Shown piece after piece: positions 49,793-63,948 of a DNA stretch of 64,000 bases. The notes under the pieces were generated by a model, which did not search any database, had not been told where the DNA came from, and worked only from the letters and a program-made list of their open reading frames with translations. Position 1 is the stretch's first letter. Each line of letters begins with the position of its first letter. Source of the stretch: Curvularia clavata (Eukaryota); contig CP089279.1 in the NCBI GenBank assembly GCA_023920165.1, positions 2,170,001 to 2,234,000 on the forward strand, given 5' to 3'. Position numbers and translations under genes: made by a program.

Positions 49793-52092
49793 TGTTGACA
49801 AAGTGTAAAGTAGAACACGAGAATATGAACTGCACAGTATGCGTCAAGAGTTCTTGTGCTCCAATTCTTAGGGATATAACTGTTTTTATACCATTTGCGT
49901 TCAAGGCTATTATGAAAAAGAATGGGGTTCAATAAACTTGCCCTATGAAGTTTCCTTCCTCTCTCGGTGATCATTTCTTTCCAAAGAGAGACTCCCATGG
50001 TACTGGGTGAATTTCATGCAGCAATCGGTCAGATTCAGTAGCCAGCTGTTTCCTTATTGGTTAGATCTTACTATGATGCTTCATACAACTTTGCTAGCGC
50101 TGTCTTATTGCATGTACCATCGCTGCTAACAAAACCCTGCAGTCCCCACATACACTATACATACCAGTTCTCCATGGGGATAGAGTAGCGCGCGGAGGAC
50201 TTTAAAGCTCAGGACAAGCACCGCGGCCACATTCCATGGGCGGTGGCCGCGGAGAAATGGCAGAAGGTCTAGGGAATCTGGACTGATTCAGAGCCTCATG
50301 TACCACTTGGACTTGAAGGTCTTATTTGATCACTTCGTGCAGGAAGAGGAAAAGATTATTTTTCATTAAATCACGTATTGTGTTCAAATATGACTTTCAC
50401 AACAGATATATTCGTGATTTTGCTCTTTTTAGTACCCACCAGTCAGTATGATGGACCACTACCCTCCACTGTCAATTCCAACTGAGGCTTCTGCATTTGT
50501 TGTTGGGTAATTGGAGACGCTTAAAGTTCCCCAATATAGGAAGGACATCGAAGATGACTGGCGATGCTTCATACCAAAAGGTCCAATACTGTGGTTATGT
50601 TTCGTAAAGGTGTACATCTACCCAGTACGAGTCTGCGTCGGCAATCTCGGATAGCTTTATCGTTTGTAATCTCTTTCGATGTGCATACCGTCGAATTTTG
50701 AGTCTGTAGGGGAGTCTAGGCGCTGAAAGTGTATCTGATCCTGCTGAGAATTTGGTTAGACATAGTTTCCTCATAAAATAGGTGTCCTCGAAGTGTAACA
50801 ATGGGCGGCCTTTAGGTTCACGCACAACGCCATACTCAATCAGGATATCGTATCCGTCTATTGCATATGACTGGATATTGTGTTGAGACGAGCATGTAAG
50901 AAGGCTGCTACAGTTCGTTTTTGAGGTCTTAGAGCTGGATGTTTGATCCTCCAGATCCTCCAGTTGGTCATCACCTCTCACCTTGAATTCTAGAGTTGAA
51001 AAATCTTATGAGAGGAACCAGGAGAAGGGTACGATGCTCAGTGGGTGCAGTGACTGTTTGGGTAGTTCTTATAGGGATAACAGGTTCAAATTGATAGCCA
51101 TGCATACTGCGAAGATGTTTGATGCGGATACAACTTGGTCTTTGGCTGAGGTCAGCTGTTTTGGTTAGCCTGAAGTGACACCAAACAAAAGTAATGAAGT
51201 TGACCTATATTAAAGATTTGATCGAAACCGGTATGTATCAAAGGTCTGTATAGAGGCCTTTACGTATGTGTGCAGGCGACGTACATGTTGACAGTGATAT
51301 CATATATCCTGCCTTGCCAAATTCATACAAAGGACTGGATGGTGTGGGCATCGCAAAAGTGAACCAATTCTGGGACATAACAGACCCATCCGTAAATGAG
51401 TACTTATCAGTGAGGTGCATAGCTCTATGTAGACCTTCGAACGTAGGATGATATTTACAGCCACATGACGTACGTCATGAACAAGTTCAGCCTGCGTACG
51501 CAACAACACCGTGTATATAGTAGCAGTCTTGATGGCGCGTTGTTAACCCGTGCTAAATCCAATAAAATTACTCACCAATTCAGTGGTTGAGAAGGAAGCG
51601 TGAAGAGGAAACCTGTATGCGAGACTCGAACTAGAAGTCATCATATTACACAATGCATGATGAGAGTTTTACAAGACAGTCGCATTTGCTAGTAAGAAAC
51701 CATCATCTCATCAACTGTCAACACTGCACACCGCTATCCCGCACAGTTGCAAGGGTTTGTTTATTTGCTAACCCTGTTGAATGCGGGGTTTCTCGCGGGG
51801 AAAACGAAATAGGAGCGTGCGCGTTAGTCTGGGGAAAGATACGATCCGCAAGGAGAAAGACCGCGGTCGCTTTCCGCGGAAGACATTGATCTCGAGTATG
51901 TAGAGAACGAGGTAAAATTACTACATACTTTCCATAGAAAAAAATACCTATTCATACCCTCATGAACTAAAACTCTAAAAACCCAGAAAAGGCTCACCTT
52001 TCCATTCTACCGTATAGGCGTAATCCCCCCTTCCCCCTTCCCCCTATCTCTTTCCCCCCCAAAAAGGGTAACCAAATCAACCACCACCCACC

Positions 52093-53613
52093 ATGGTCCT
52101 CCACCACCTCCTCACCGGCTCCTACACCAACAGCAGCCTCTACCTCCTCGCCTTCGACGCCCTCGCCCAAACCCTCACCCTCAACACCACCATCCCCGGC
52201 TTCGGCCTCCACCAATTCGTCTCTGCCAACGCAGCTCGAGATGTAATCTACGCGACAACCATGAGCGAGCCGCCGCGTCTCTTCTCTTGGTCTCGCACAC
52301 CAGACAACAAGATTACGCATATTAACACCGTCAACATTAGTAAGTACCCTCTATACGGGTGCCCTCCTTTTTTCCGATAAGGGGGTTGATTAGGAAAGAA
52401 GTCAATTAATGCGGTGAATTAGCGACATCATCATGCTACATATCTGAAAATGGAGATTTTACTTTTTCAGCAGGGGGATCGGGCGCGAGGATCAATAAGA
52501 TTGATGAAGATGGTGGGGTGGGGGAGACGGTGCAGGAGATGTTCTATGTGCCGAGTGAGGAGATGGAGAGGGTGGATAGGACGAGAAAGGCTGTGGTGAG
52601 TTTTTTTGTTTTTTGTCCCAAGTTTCCGTCCGATTTGCTGGGACGTCAATTTTTTTTATTGAGAGGGCTAAAGAGGGCTGGGCTGGGCTAATGTTGGGGT
52701 AGCTTTATGGCGCTCATGGATTCGATGTCAATGGGAATGGCAAGGGCTTTGTTCCGCACCTGTAAGTTCTCTAGGGCGGCGTTTTGGCATAGACGGGAGT
52801 ATGAGCTAACAGTGAGGGGCAATGACATAGGGCTTGGGATGCCATTTTCATGTACGATATCATAAAGAATGGGACGGCGAAGCTTCTCTCGGTAAATCTG
52901 AGCCCGGAAACTGGCGATGGGCCGAGAAACGTGTATCCGAGTAAGGACGGGAAGTGGCTTTATGTTGTAAGTGTTCACTTTTGTGGAAGAATAATTACGT
53001 AGTAGCTAACAAGAAACGTAGATAAACGAACACTGTAAGTGTATTTTCACCGTCCAATTGAGACAGGGAAAGGGGGAGAGTGACAGCTGATGCCATACAG
53101 CACAATACCTCGACGTCTACGAAATAAACGAAACAAATCTCAAGCACAGACAGCGTGCAAGCGCCATACCAAATCGTATGTCTTTCTCCACCAAACCCTC
53201 CAACCTGCCTGGCTAATTTCCTCACCGCAGAATACCGTGGAAAATACACCTACCGTAGCAACGCCGTTCAACTCTCCCGTGACGGCACCACTCTCTTCAC
53301 CAGCACGCGCTCGTGGAACAACACGCAAGCCAATGGCTGGGTGGCTGCCTTCGCACTCGACGCTCAGGGCAAACTGGCTTCCACCGACGCCTTGACGTAT
53401 TACGAAGCGCCGCTTTCGCTCAGCTCAGCGGGCGGGTTGCGGGTTGCTCATTGGCAGGAGGAGGGTGTGAGCGATTACATGTATTTGTCGGATACGCAGG
53501 AGGGATGGATGTACGTGCTTAGCTGGGTCAAGGAGACAGCGAAGTTGGAGGAAATGGCTAGGCTGAGGTATCCGGATGGAGCGGCGCCGTATGAGGCGGT
53601 TTGGCTGGATTGA
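52093..53613 (+). CDS. Beta-propeller lactonase, carboxy-cis,cis-muconate cyclase-like (7 exons, including a 13-nt micro-exon 53022-53034)
   Basis: HHLLTGSY, LYGAHGFD, GDGPRN, INEH, LFTSTRSW, EAVWLD; exons joined in frame by GT-AG introns. Confidence 0.82.
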
Positions 53614-54538
53614 GGCGTGGTAGTAGGAGAGGAATGTGTTGGGGAATACTGGTTCGATTGTAAAGTAATGTTATGAATGAGTTAAGGGAGTTCGAAATTA
53701 AGGTGATGAGTATGTGTGTTAAATTCATGTTTTCTTCGCTGTGATGTAGATTGACCAAAGCTCTTCAGTCTTGTTTGCATATTCAGGGCGCTTGATATTC
53801 TCAACACTTTTCCCCACAAAACACTATATCCTTGCTTCTTCCTCCCCACACGCACAAGCACAGATCCAAGCGCTTCGAAATCTGATCCGCTAAACCAGTC
53901 TGAAATCTCGTGCATCGAAAAAGCAGATAAGCGAGGAAAAAGAAGCCCTGTGGATTGGGGTGCAGAAAAAGAGAACATGGCGGGAGAGCAACAGAAGAAG
54001 CAATGGTAAGATGCTCCATTTCTGCCGTTACTTCACTGTATTATTCTCGACGGACGATCCAGTACGATTACTCAAATCAAAGGTCAGAAGCATTAGTCAG
54101 TATTGTTTAGACCCTTTTAGTATCCAACTGCAATGCACAATATGAAGCAGATATCGAAGTAATATTCTTCATAGGTGATAACCGATATATACGACTACCC
54201 ATCCTTCCTTCAATCCGTCATTCTATACAACATTCCCTGCTTGCAGAGGGAAGAGAGAGAGACAGGAAAAAAACAATGCTGGATGGTGTATTTACATAAA
54301 AAAAATAAGACTAAAACTAGAGTCGTAAAGAGGCTCGTCAATAAATAAAAGGTGTAAAAAAAAAGTAGGAGATGACAAGGTATAGTGGTAAAGGAGAGAC
54401 AAGACAGAAGAAACAAACAACAGGTGTAAAAGTAGGCCCCGCAAGCTATGCAATTCATTCATCCCTTTTTATCTCTTATTCTTTTCCCAAAAAATTACAT
54501 CAAAACCCCCGGCCCAGTCGGTCGTTCATCCACAGGAA

Positions 54539-57500
54539 CTACCTGGGCGGGCTTCTTGGAGGGGATTTGGGAAGCGCCGGTACCTCTGGCACGTCGTCAC
54601 CGTTTGGCTGGTGATCTTGACGGAGATGTTCCGGCGCCTCCTCGCGCGTTATCGTTGCTCTCCGAATGGCGTTTCGTAATCGGCTCATGACAGCCGGTTG
54701 TGCGTTGTTAGTGCCGCTGCCAGCTACACCTTGGTAACTAGGTCGCTGGCCCTGAAAGCTGTTTCGGCTGTGCGACGACTCCATGCGCGTCAGCATGGCT
54801 GCTGAGGTGAAGTCATTGCTCATCTCGAAACTAGGACGCACACGATCCATTGACATACGCGCTCGGTCATAGCTCGGTCGCACACGGTACTCGGTCGATA
54901 CACGGGAGTTGAGCGGAGGACCATCCGAGGTGGGTGCTGGTGGAAGGCCTTCCATGGAGCGGCGGAAGGTGTAGTCAGTGCTGTTGCTACCATTTTGACT
55001 TCTGGGGTTGTGTGTCGTGGCTGTAGGCGCAACCGATGGTGGATATATCGGTCGGACATCCTCGTCTGTAGGGGTGGCGTGTGCAGCTTTGTACTTATTG
55101 GCATCGGGTTCAGGCGCACTCGAGTCTGACGACGCAGCGACCTTTTCCGGTGGGGGAGGAATGTATGAAGTAGTTTCGTTAAGATAGTCGAACTTGCCTT
55201 GCTTGACTTGCTCTCGAATGATGTCCGCATCCAAGGGGAAGTACATTTTCTGCGTAGCCTTGAAGATGAAGCGAGGAAGCAGACAAGCCACTGTAGCGCA
55301 CAAAACATAAGCCCAGAAGTTGAGGTTTCCATAGACTTCGGCTCCAGCCTTGTAGAACTGCTGACTGGAAGTGAAAGAGGTGTATGCGCCAGTCCAGAGC
55401 CAGATAAGGACGGTACTGATGACGACAATGAGGACAATCAGCCAATCCCATCGGTAAGTGTTGTAAAGAACGTAAATGTTGGCAGCACAGACAGCCGTGG
55501 TAGCAGCGTAGATACCCATGCGTCGGTACTCGGCAATATCCAAACCGTTTGAGGTCGCAAACGTTGCAGGCGCGAATATCTCATAAAGAAAGAAGAAAGC
55601 AACAGCCGATTGGTAGATACCGTCGACCATGTAAGCCCTAAAGAGTGTTAGAAGAATATCGAGGGATTCTCGAGTGTGTTACTTACCAGAACTTTGGTTG
55701 CGTCCACTCCTTGCGTTCGATACCTCTGCGATATAGTTGGGGAACAGCCAGTGACACTTTGTCGTCGACATCCTGATCCAAAACACCCATGACGATAACA
55801 GGGAGTGATGTGAAGGCCAAGTTGAAGAAAATGATGTATGTATAGTCGAAGATGTACTGGCTGTCAAAGTTGGTGTAGATCTGGTACCAGAAGAGGGCAA
55901 ACGTCCAAACAATGTTCTACTGAATGTTAGCATGCAGCTAGTCAGAATTAGAAAGATGGCTCACCTTGTAGAAGAAGTTGGCAATCGTCTCCGCAAGCCT
56001 ACGGTAAGACCACCTGCCGTGAACGAGTACCAGGCGAGTCAAGAAACGGAATTGACCAATGGCGTAATCTGAAGACATGACGGCGGCGCGACCCTCAACA
56101 CCAGCGATACCAACACCAACGTGTGCCTCTTGAATCATGGCAACATCGTTGGCACCGTCTCCGATTGCAAGCGTCAGACAGTCGAGTCCAGTCTTGACCA
56201 TGTTGACAACAGCTGCCTTTTGGCTGGGACTGACTCTGCAGCACAGAACAGATCGACATCTCCTGCAGAGCAGAAGGAACTTTCTCTTGACGGACTCGTC
56301 CAGAGCCAGCTTGAGTGTATCACCATCAATAATGATGGCGTGTGTAGGTGGAGGCGGTTCGTGATCGTCTTGAGCGGCATCCAGCTCTTCCTCGGAACCC
56401 TCTAGGCCAAAGATTTTGAGCTTCTCGTCAAGCTGGGCTTCCACAGATGCAACGGTATCATCTGTGACCTTGAGAATAATGAGATCCATGTCGTTGTCGA
56501 GCAGATTACACGAGAAACCAATGTTGATGGCAGTCTCTACTTTGTCACCAGTCAGGACCCAGAGCTTAATGCCTGCTTGGCCAAGAAGCGAAATGGACTC
56601 TGGTACACCATCCTGAAGTCGATCCTCAATAGCGGTTCCTCCAAGCAACCAGAGGTGGTTTTCGATGCGATCAGACACTTCTTCCAACTTGTCCTCACGA
56701 CCCTGGATGGCATTGGCAGCAATATCGTAGTCCCTGTTCCACTCCTGATACTCCTCTTCGGAGATTTCTCTCTGAGCAATACACAGTGTTCGCAGTCCTT
56801 CTCTGGCAAACATCTCGAGATGTTCTCCAGTATCAGCACGAAGTTGGCGTTGCTCGTTGGGGATCAATCTCGAGTAGATCATGCTGTCGGCTCCCTTGCA
56901 GAAGAGGACAATTCTGTTATCGGGCATCCTAATGATGGCACTCATTCGCTTCCTGCTGGAATTGAACTCGAGTGTGTTGAGAACCTGGTAGCGGCGTTCT
57001 TGACCTAGGACATTCAAGATTAGGCGATCGTCCTCACGACCAACAAAGGTGAATCCACAATCACGAGCGGTAGCAACGAGGGCAGCTTCGTCGGGCGATT
57101 GCGCCTTGAACTCAATCTTTGGAGGGTCGCCGGGGGTGCGTTCGGTAACGACAGTGTGGCAGAGGGCCAGGGCAATCATAAAATCCTCGTTGGCCTTTTT
57201 CTGTTCCATTCCAGCATCCCCGCGCAGATCGTCAATGAAGTCCGGAGCAATGAAAGTCAGTTCGTCGTCCCACAGGTAAGGGTTGTCGTGCATCTTTCGA
57301 ATACCCTCGAGCATACGGACACGATCCCGTGCAATCTGATCACGAGCCTTGGCCCCTTCCGCTTCGACGTCAACACCTTGTCTTCGCTGCATTCCGGCTT
57401 GGGCTTCCGTGTATGCTTCTCCGTAAGGAACGCCGTTAATCGTCGCCTTCTTGAACTCCATGACGTTCTGAGTAAGGGTTCCGGTCTTGTCGGAGAAGAT

Positions 57501-59462
57501 GTATTCAATTTGACCAACGTCGTCGGAGATGTTCCAAGACTTTGGCGTGCAAGGATAGTCGAGCTTTGCGTAATACATGTTGATGTCGCTGTAGATGAAG
57601 AGTGCCTGCAGCGTACGAATAATTTCCAGGGTAATGTAGAGCGAAATGGGAACCAAGTTTTGGAAGAGAATGACACTGGCCCAAAAGGCGATGACACCGT
57701 CAGTGGCAGGGGCGCCTCCGTAGGATCCGTATTCGAAAACAGAGTGCGAGGTGTCATCACGGCCCCACGTAACTCCAAGCACAATTCCAGAGACAAGACA
57801 CATGGCGGCCAGGATGATGAAATTGTACACGACGTTCCAGTTGAGCTCCTTTGAGATGCGGGCTCGCTTGCTGGGCGTAATACCAGAGTTGATCATGATT
57901 TTAGTCTCCTCTCCAGTAAAGACGACGACTCCAAGGATCCACTCGGTGTTTCGTAGCTGACATCCACGGAGGACCAGGTTGTTGATAGAGATGGGCTCGA
58001 CCATTTCGTAGGATGGGGCCTCGGGGTCTTTTGCGTTGTATTGTTGCCACCTGATTGCAGCGCTGTACGAGTAGAGGTTTGAGTGAGGGCCTTCACTTTC
58101 AATGACGAATTCGGCGCGTTCACAGTGTCGAGCATGGCGTACATCGCGGGTGCAGTGCAGCGCATTGCGCACCTTGAGATTGGTTTCGCCGTCCAAGTTC
58201 TTGGTCTCGACATAGCAGGCACCGTCATCGGAAGAGGTTGAGAGGACAATGACATCGGCGGGGATTTCTTCGTTGTTGTACAGACGCACAAAGTCTCCAA
58301 CCTGGACGTTCTTCCATGCGTCTTTCTTGAATCGGGCCTTCTCCGGGGCGGACTTGTAGGGGTTGAGCACGCTGCCCCAGAACTTTTGTGTCGCCTGGGG
58401 TTTGGAGTCGGCGCCACGGATGTTGTCGTCCGAGGCCAGAGGCCAAGATGGAGATTGGGAAGGCGATTGACCAGGGAGAGGCGAAGGAACGGGTGTCATC
58501 TGAATGTCGCCTTCGTTTCCGAGATAGGACTCTCTGTGCGACGCGACCGAGGCTCGCCGAGTATCGATTGAAGGTCGGGAAGCGTCTACGGCCCTGTCAC
58601 CGCCTTCCTTGCCCTTTGCGCCCTTCTTGTTCTTGACGCCCTTCATTAACCGCCATGTCGTGACGATGCTCTTGGTTGTGGCCTTCTTGATCCTACGCCA
58701 TAATGAGACAGAGTCTTCAGCAGTGTTGACGTTGTTGAAGTCGACGAGTCGGTGGACGGGGGCGTTGTTCAGTTCAACATCAAGGACGGTTCTTCGCCAA
58801 TCCTCGACGGCATCTTTGATGGCGGTAACGACGAGGATAACGATGAGGGGCACTGCGTTCAAGGCTGGATTCGAGGCACCAAAAATGGAGAAAATCTGGA
58901 AAAGTCGGAGTTAGCGGGAAAGCTAGTCGGGGGCAGGTGGGCGAGGACGTACACCCAGGATGATGATGAACAAAAAGTAGACGTTGGCAATGTTGTGGAA
59001 CTGGAACCACAGGTTCTTTGGCACGAAGCTGAGAGGCGTGTACTTTGCGGTTCTTATCTTGTTGCGGGCGTACTGTTCGAGGGGGTGGCCTTCTTCGTCG
59101 CGTGCTGATTGGGGCAAGGGAATGTTGAAGTAGACTTTGCGACCTCCCTCGTTTTCGTCAGCGTCATTATCGGCATCATCTGAACCCTCGATCGAGTTGT
59201 CGGCCTGGGAACCCTCTTCTTTGCCCATCGAGTCTCGCTTCTCTCCTCCTGAGCCCATGCGCCGGTGCAGACGTTCCTTGAGCGAATTCCGCTTGTTGAC
59301 GGCCTTTGTGCCTGTCGCGCGATGTGTTGCCCCTACATGCGATGTCAGCGGACATGGAAACGCCCGGATGGTCAGTAGTGCGAGCAACAAAGTCTACTCA
59401 CATCGTATGCGCTTCTGAGGATGCGAGACCTCGGTCTCGTCGGGCTCATTTTGCAGCGTCAT
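54539..59462 (-). CDS. DNF1: P4-type ATPase phospholipid flippase, Dnf1/Dnf2-type (4 introns)
   Basis: NKIRTAKYT, LDGETNLK, PISL, DKTGTLT phosphorylation motif, SPDEAALV, TGDK, GDGAND. Confidence 0.93.
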
Positions 59463-59623
59463 GGTGGTTGCCGTTGGAGAAGCTGCGGAGCGGCAGGGGA
59501 GGCTATAGCCCGAGCCGGGAAGGCTCTACGCGGCGATGCAAGCCAATTCGGTTGCGGCGGGAGAGACGGTCGTGGCGGAGTTCAGCGCATGCGGCAGTAG
59601 GAAGGGTAGTGGGCGTAGCCTGC

Positions 59624-59700
59624 GGCGGGGGCGGCGGCGGTGGTGGTGGAGGTGGAGGTGGTGGTGTTGTAGGTATGGTTGTTGTGGTGATGATGATGTG
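59624..59700. repeat. (GGC/GGT/GGA)n trinucleotide tract in the flippase 5' leader
   Basis: ggcggcggcggtggtggtggaggtggaggtggtggt. Confidence 0.75.
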
Positions 59701-61030
59701 GTGGCGGAGGGTGAGAACAGATGGGTGGTTGTAGGGTCTCGGATATTAGAAGACGCCGGACGAGAAACAGCGGTTACAAGACCAAACGGTAGTTCAGTCT
59801 GGGCGCGCGCGCGCAGCCGGAGGTAGACTATGCGGCTGTGCCGCGATGGGGATTATTAAAAGCCGTAGACTTAAGGGCGAGGTGCAGACACGAGCAGCCA
59901 GCAGTAGCACAGGACGCAGCGAGCACGAGGGGGAGCAGCAGCGAGAGCACGCGAGATGCAGAGGTAGACCCTTGAGCGAGGGCCTTGGGTGCTTGTTTTG
60001 CTTTGCTTGGCCTCTACTACTGTTGCTTTGCTTTGCTGATGGATGTGCTTACAGCAGCAAGCTCGCTCGCGGGAAGCACACGCCTCATCCTTTGCTCGGC
60101 CGGGCGCCACGGCCTCGCCCAAGACGCGACGCTAGCCCGCCTCTGTTTCCGGAGGTCCGCTCTGCGCCCTGATCGCCTGGCTTGGAGATTGATTTCAGGC
60201 CATGGCATTGCTGACGCGTGGCCCAGAGCAGTTTGCCATGTATCGTCTGGCTGCAATTGGCACAAGCCCGCCAGCCTTGTCCGCCGTCTTGCTCTCTTGG
60301 GCCGGCGCAGAGGTGCGACGCAAACTGAGGGCTGCCAGCCCAGGGCTTGTCATGTCATCATGGCATCCCGTTGGGCGGCGTCTCAGTCAGCAGCGTCTTC
60401 CTAAGCAGCGCGCTGACGGGGCCAACCAGGATGCAGCGCGTCATTTTTTCGCCCTTTATTTGTCCTTTGCTCCCCGACTCCGCTTGCTCGCGAGGGCGTA
60501 GGCGTGTGGGCTTGGGCGAGCCGGTGCCAGGAGCCAGGAGCCATCCTTGGTGCGCTCCCTTCCATGGTCCCCAAATAGCAGCGGCCCTCTCTCTGGCACC
60601 TGTCGCATCGACGTTGCTGCGACAAGTGAGGCGCGCCACCCCCGTCGCGCAATCTGGCAAAGTCGTCGAGTCAAAACACCGTCATCCTCACTCATCCCTC
60701 GGCCGGCTGAATCGGGATGCGCAGACAGCCACACCTGTCGAGCGCAACGTGCCGGGCTGGCTGGCTGTCAAACCACAGGCGGCCAAAATAACGAGCATAT
60801 CTGGGTCGGATGCCGGCGGAGGCGGAAGCCGAAGCATGTCGTCAACGGTAAATGAAGCTAGCCAGCCCTCCTTGCTGCAGATTGCACATGTGCTAGTGCG
60901 CAAGCAGCCCCGCAGCTCGCTGGTGGGGGCCACGTGACACCGTGCCTGACCTCCATCCTGCCTCCGCGCTGCCTGGCCCGCCAGACGCGTCACGCCGCCT
61001 CTCGTCCAAACCCACCCCGCCTTGCCTGGC

Positions 61031-63224
61031 ATGAAGCCGCACAAGAAAAGCATCCGCGACTTCTTCTCCCCAGCCCCAAGGACATCACAGAGCTCCCAAG
61101 AATCCCTGCCTGGTCAGCCACAAACAAGTCCTCACTCCCCCCCGCAACACCTCCTACGCCGCCACAATCTAACCGCTACCCCAGACCGAGACACGACACT
61201 TGTGCCAATACCTGCGCCGGCACCCCCTCAAACATCCGCGCTTCCGGGCACCAGCAAGCGCATCACCTCCAATGGCAAAGATGTCGTCCTCAATTCCGAT
61301 TCTGAAAGCGACTCGCTGCCGGACCTCGACTTTGGCATCCCTGCCCCAAGACCCTCCACTCCAAAGAAGACAACCACCACCACCATCACCACCCGCTCAA
61401 AGCGCACATCTGAAAATGACGAGGATGGACTGCGCATGCCCACCAAGAAGGTGAAAGACGATAAGCGGAAATTCAACAATCTAGTACAAACAGTCCAGAA
61501 GAACCTCGAGACTGAGCGCAGGATTCAAGAGCACAAGGCTGTGCTGGACGAGCCCATACAAGAGCCAGCGACTAAGAGAATTACCATCAACGAGGAAACA
61601 CTAGGGCAGGCCGTGCAAGATGACGGTGACGACCCTGAGAAGGCGCACCGACTCTTCCAGGCTATGCAGCGAACAAACGTTGCTCAGATGGAGAGTGTCT
61701 TTTACTTTTTCGGCGATGCCGCAGATACCATCTCCGTTCAGACAAAGTTCCCCATGGCAGCCCTTCCCCAACATCGCTGGGCTTCGATCCTGCAGATACC
61801 AAGCACCAGAGATCAGGCCTTTATGACGGGCGTTGCACAACAGATTTTCCGCGTTCAAGAGCTCCCCAAAGAACTTGCCTCTTGGATGATTGACCAAAGT
61901 GAGTATGCTCTGGCGGTTTTCCTTCTTTCTCTCTGGCTAAATCTTTATAGTATGTTGTAGCCAGAATGAGGCTCTCAATTGCAAATATCTCCAAGTCCTC
62001 GAGGTGGGCCCATCCAAGTTCAGCCCAGAACAGCTTTTGACACTCAGCAGGCCCACCACGAACATCTCCATGCCCTGCTCGACCCACAAAGACTGAATGT
62101 CATGTTCAAATCCATCGGTGCCAACATGACACAGCTCGACGCGAGCACCCAACTTTTGCCAGTATCCGTGCCACGATCCGAAACTAAAACGCACCTTCCA
62201 TCATCACTAAAATCAATTACTAGACTCCTCGCACGAGCCGCGCCTTGGTACGCACATGAGATGCTTGCGAGAAGCTTCGTGACTGACATCCTACAGGCTA
62301 CATGCGACTACGCGAGCTCGCGCATTGTACCTGCTGTGTCATGTTTGCTTAGATAATCGTGTAACCTCAGACTTTGACATACTGCAAGCTGTTCAAGACA
62401 CCATGGAAGCCATCATGTGCAATTTTGCCGACAACACCAGGCTGATCTCAGGCGTAGGAGGCCCTCCGACACAGCAGGACGTACAGTTTCTAATCGCTTC
62501 CCAGCTGAATGACTTCACAACCCAGCTGCTCACCAAAGTTACCCATCCTGTGCTGCAAAGAAACCTAACATGTGCACTGCCAGCCAAATGCCCGTTGACT
62601 GCCTATCTACAGCGTTACCTGGCTCTTTCTTTCCTGGTTCATCCAGCACCTGTCAACATGCCTCTTACAGATCAAAAGGCACATGATCTTGTACTCGAAC
62701 ATGTCGCAGAGTCGCCCGACTTCTTTGTCAACAAGAACACCGACTACGATCATCTCGCTGCCCGGTTGGCATTGCTTGACATTGCTATTGGGCCGGGACT
62801 TTTGACCGTGCCATACCAACCGCTACCAAGCTCAACACACGCATCAGTGGGTTCGTCTCCAGTCCAAGCCCCAGTGCCAGCTTCGTCAGAGGTCAGGCAA
62901 TTCAACGAACAAATTGATGCGCTCGCGCAACAAATAAAGCTTCTGGGAAACTCAATTGTCGAAGCTGGTGCAGTGGTGGACATCACCATTCTAGAGACTA
63001 AAAACTCTGTAGAGCGAATATGCGCCCGACTGGAGCATGCTTCGCGGATCGGCGGGAAGAAGGTGCACAATGTGTTTGGTAGCGAAGAGGAAGACGCCCA
63101 GCTCAGACTCAACCGCTTCTTCAAGAAGAAGACAGGGAGACCGTCTCCATCCGTCTCCTCAGGCGGCATCTTCAATCAAGACGAAGACTCTGATCTCGAC
63201 CTGGTCGATCCTACAAAGACTTGA
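61031..63224 (+). CDS. Conserved hypothetical nuclear protein, possibly SLF2/FAM178/Nse6-like (about 3 introns)
   Basis: Three ORFs joinable by GT-AG introns (~61899, ~62248, ~62453); disordered N-terminus with SDSESDSLPDL, then a helical domain. The family call is a weak resemblance only. Confidence 0.6.
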
Positions 63225-63948
63225 CCAGTCGCTTGGTTCAGACGCTTCTACCAAGACCCAGACTCCCATACACACCGTGCCCTCTTTTTTTGCCTTTTTG
63301 TCTGTCGCCATGACCACGTGAATTCTCGATAGCTACTAGGTAGTTGCGCAATGTGATGAGCCGCCCAAACCCCTGTGTACCCCTCAATCAGAAGCAATCC
63401 CGCCGTCCTCGTTAAACTCTGGCGTTGCTTGGCGGTGTGCCTGGGTTCCCACGCAACCGCCTTTTTCAGGGGGATCTGCAGGAGGGAGATGTTGTCGCGT
63501 CCCCGCGTAAGTACTTGGTACCTAGGTACCTAGGTTACAGCCGGGAGGGGCCCACATCAAAACCCAATCCTCATCAAATGGTTTTTAACGATTTTTTCTT
63601 TGAGGAAGCTGGCCTCGCTCTCTCCTTTTTGTTCATGCAAGAAAGCCACTAGAAATCCTTCGATGCAAAGAGGTGATTTTTTTTTTTCTTGCCTTAGGCG
63701 AAGATTAGTGTAGAAAGGTAGATTAGACATCATCTTTTTTTTTTCTCTCTCTCTCTGCAGCAGAGGGCACAATCAACGTTGACTCGAGCGCAGCATGAAA
63801 CCCCCACCTCTGCACCTCGTATCTACCCACATACATACATATATACATTAGTCATGTCTTAGCCTTTGCCCTTTTTTTCTCCTTCACCCAAAAGAATATA
63901 CGATCCTTATCCCCCCCTTTCTCCTGTCACACTGCATCTGCATATCCT

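Noticed and set aside
50595..51509. Short minus-strand ORFs suggesting a pseudogene
   Set aside because: No recognisable family and no consistent splice model.
57099..57854. Long antisense ORFs over the flippase, citrate synthase and other genes
   Set aside because: Shadow ORFs produced by codon bias of the real gene on the opposite strand.
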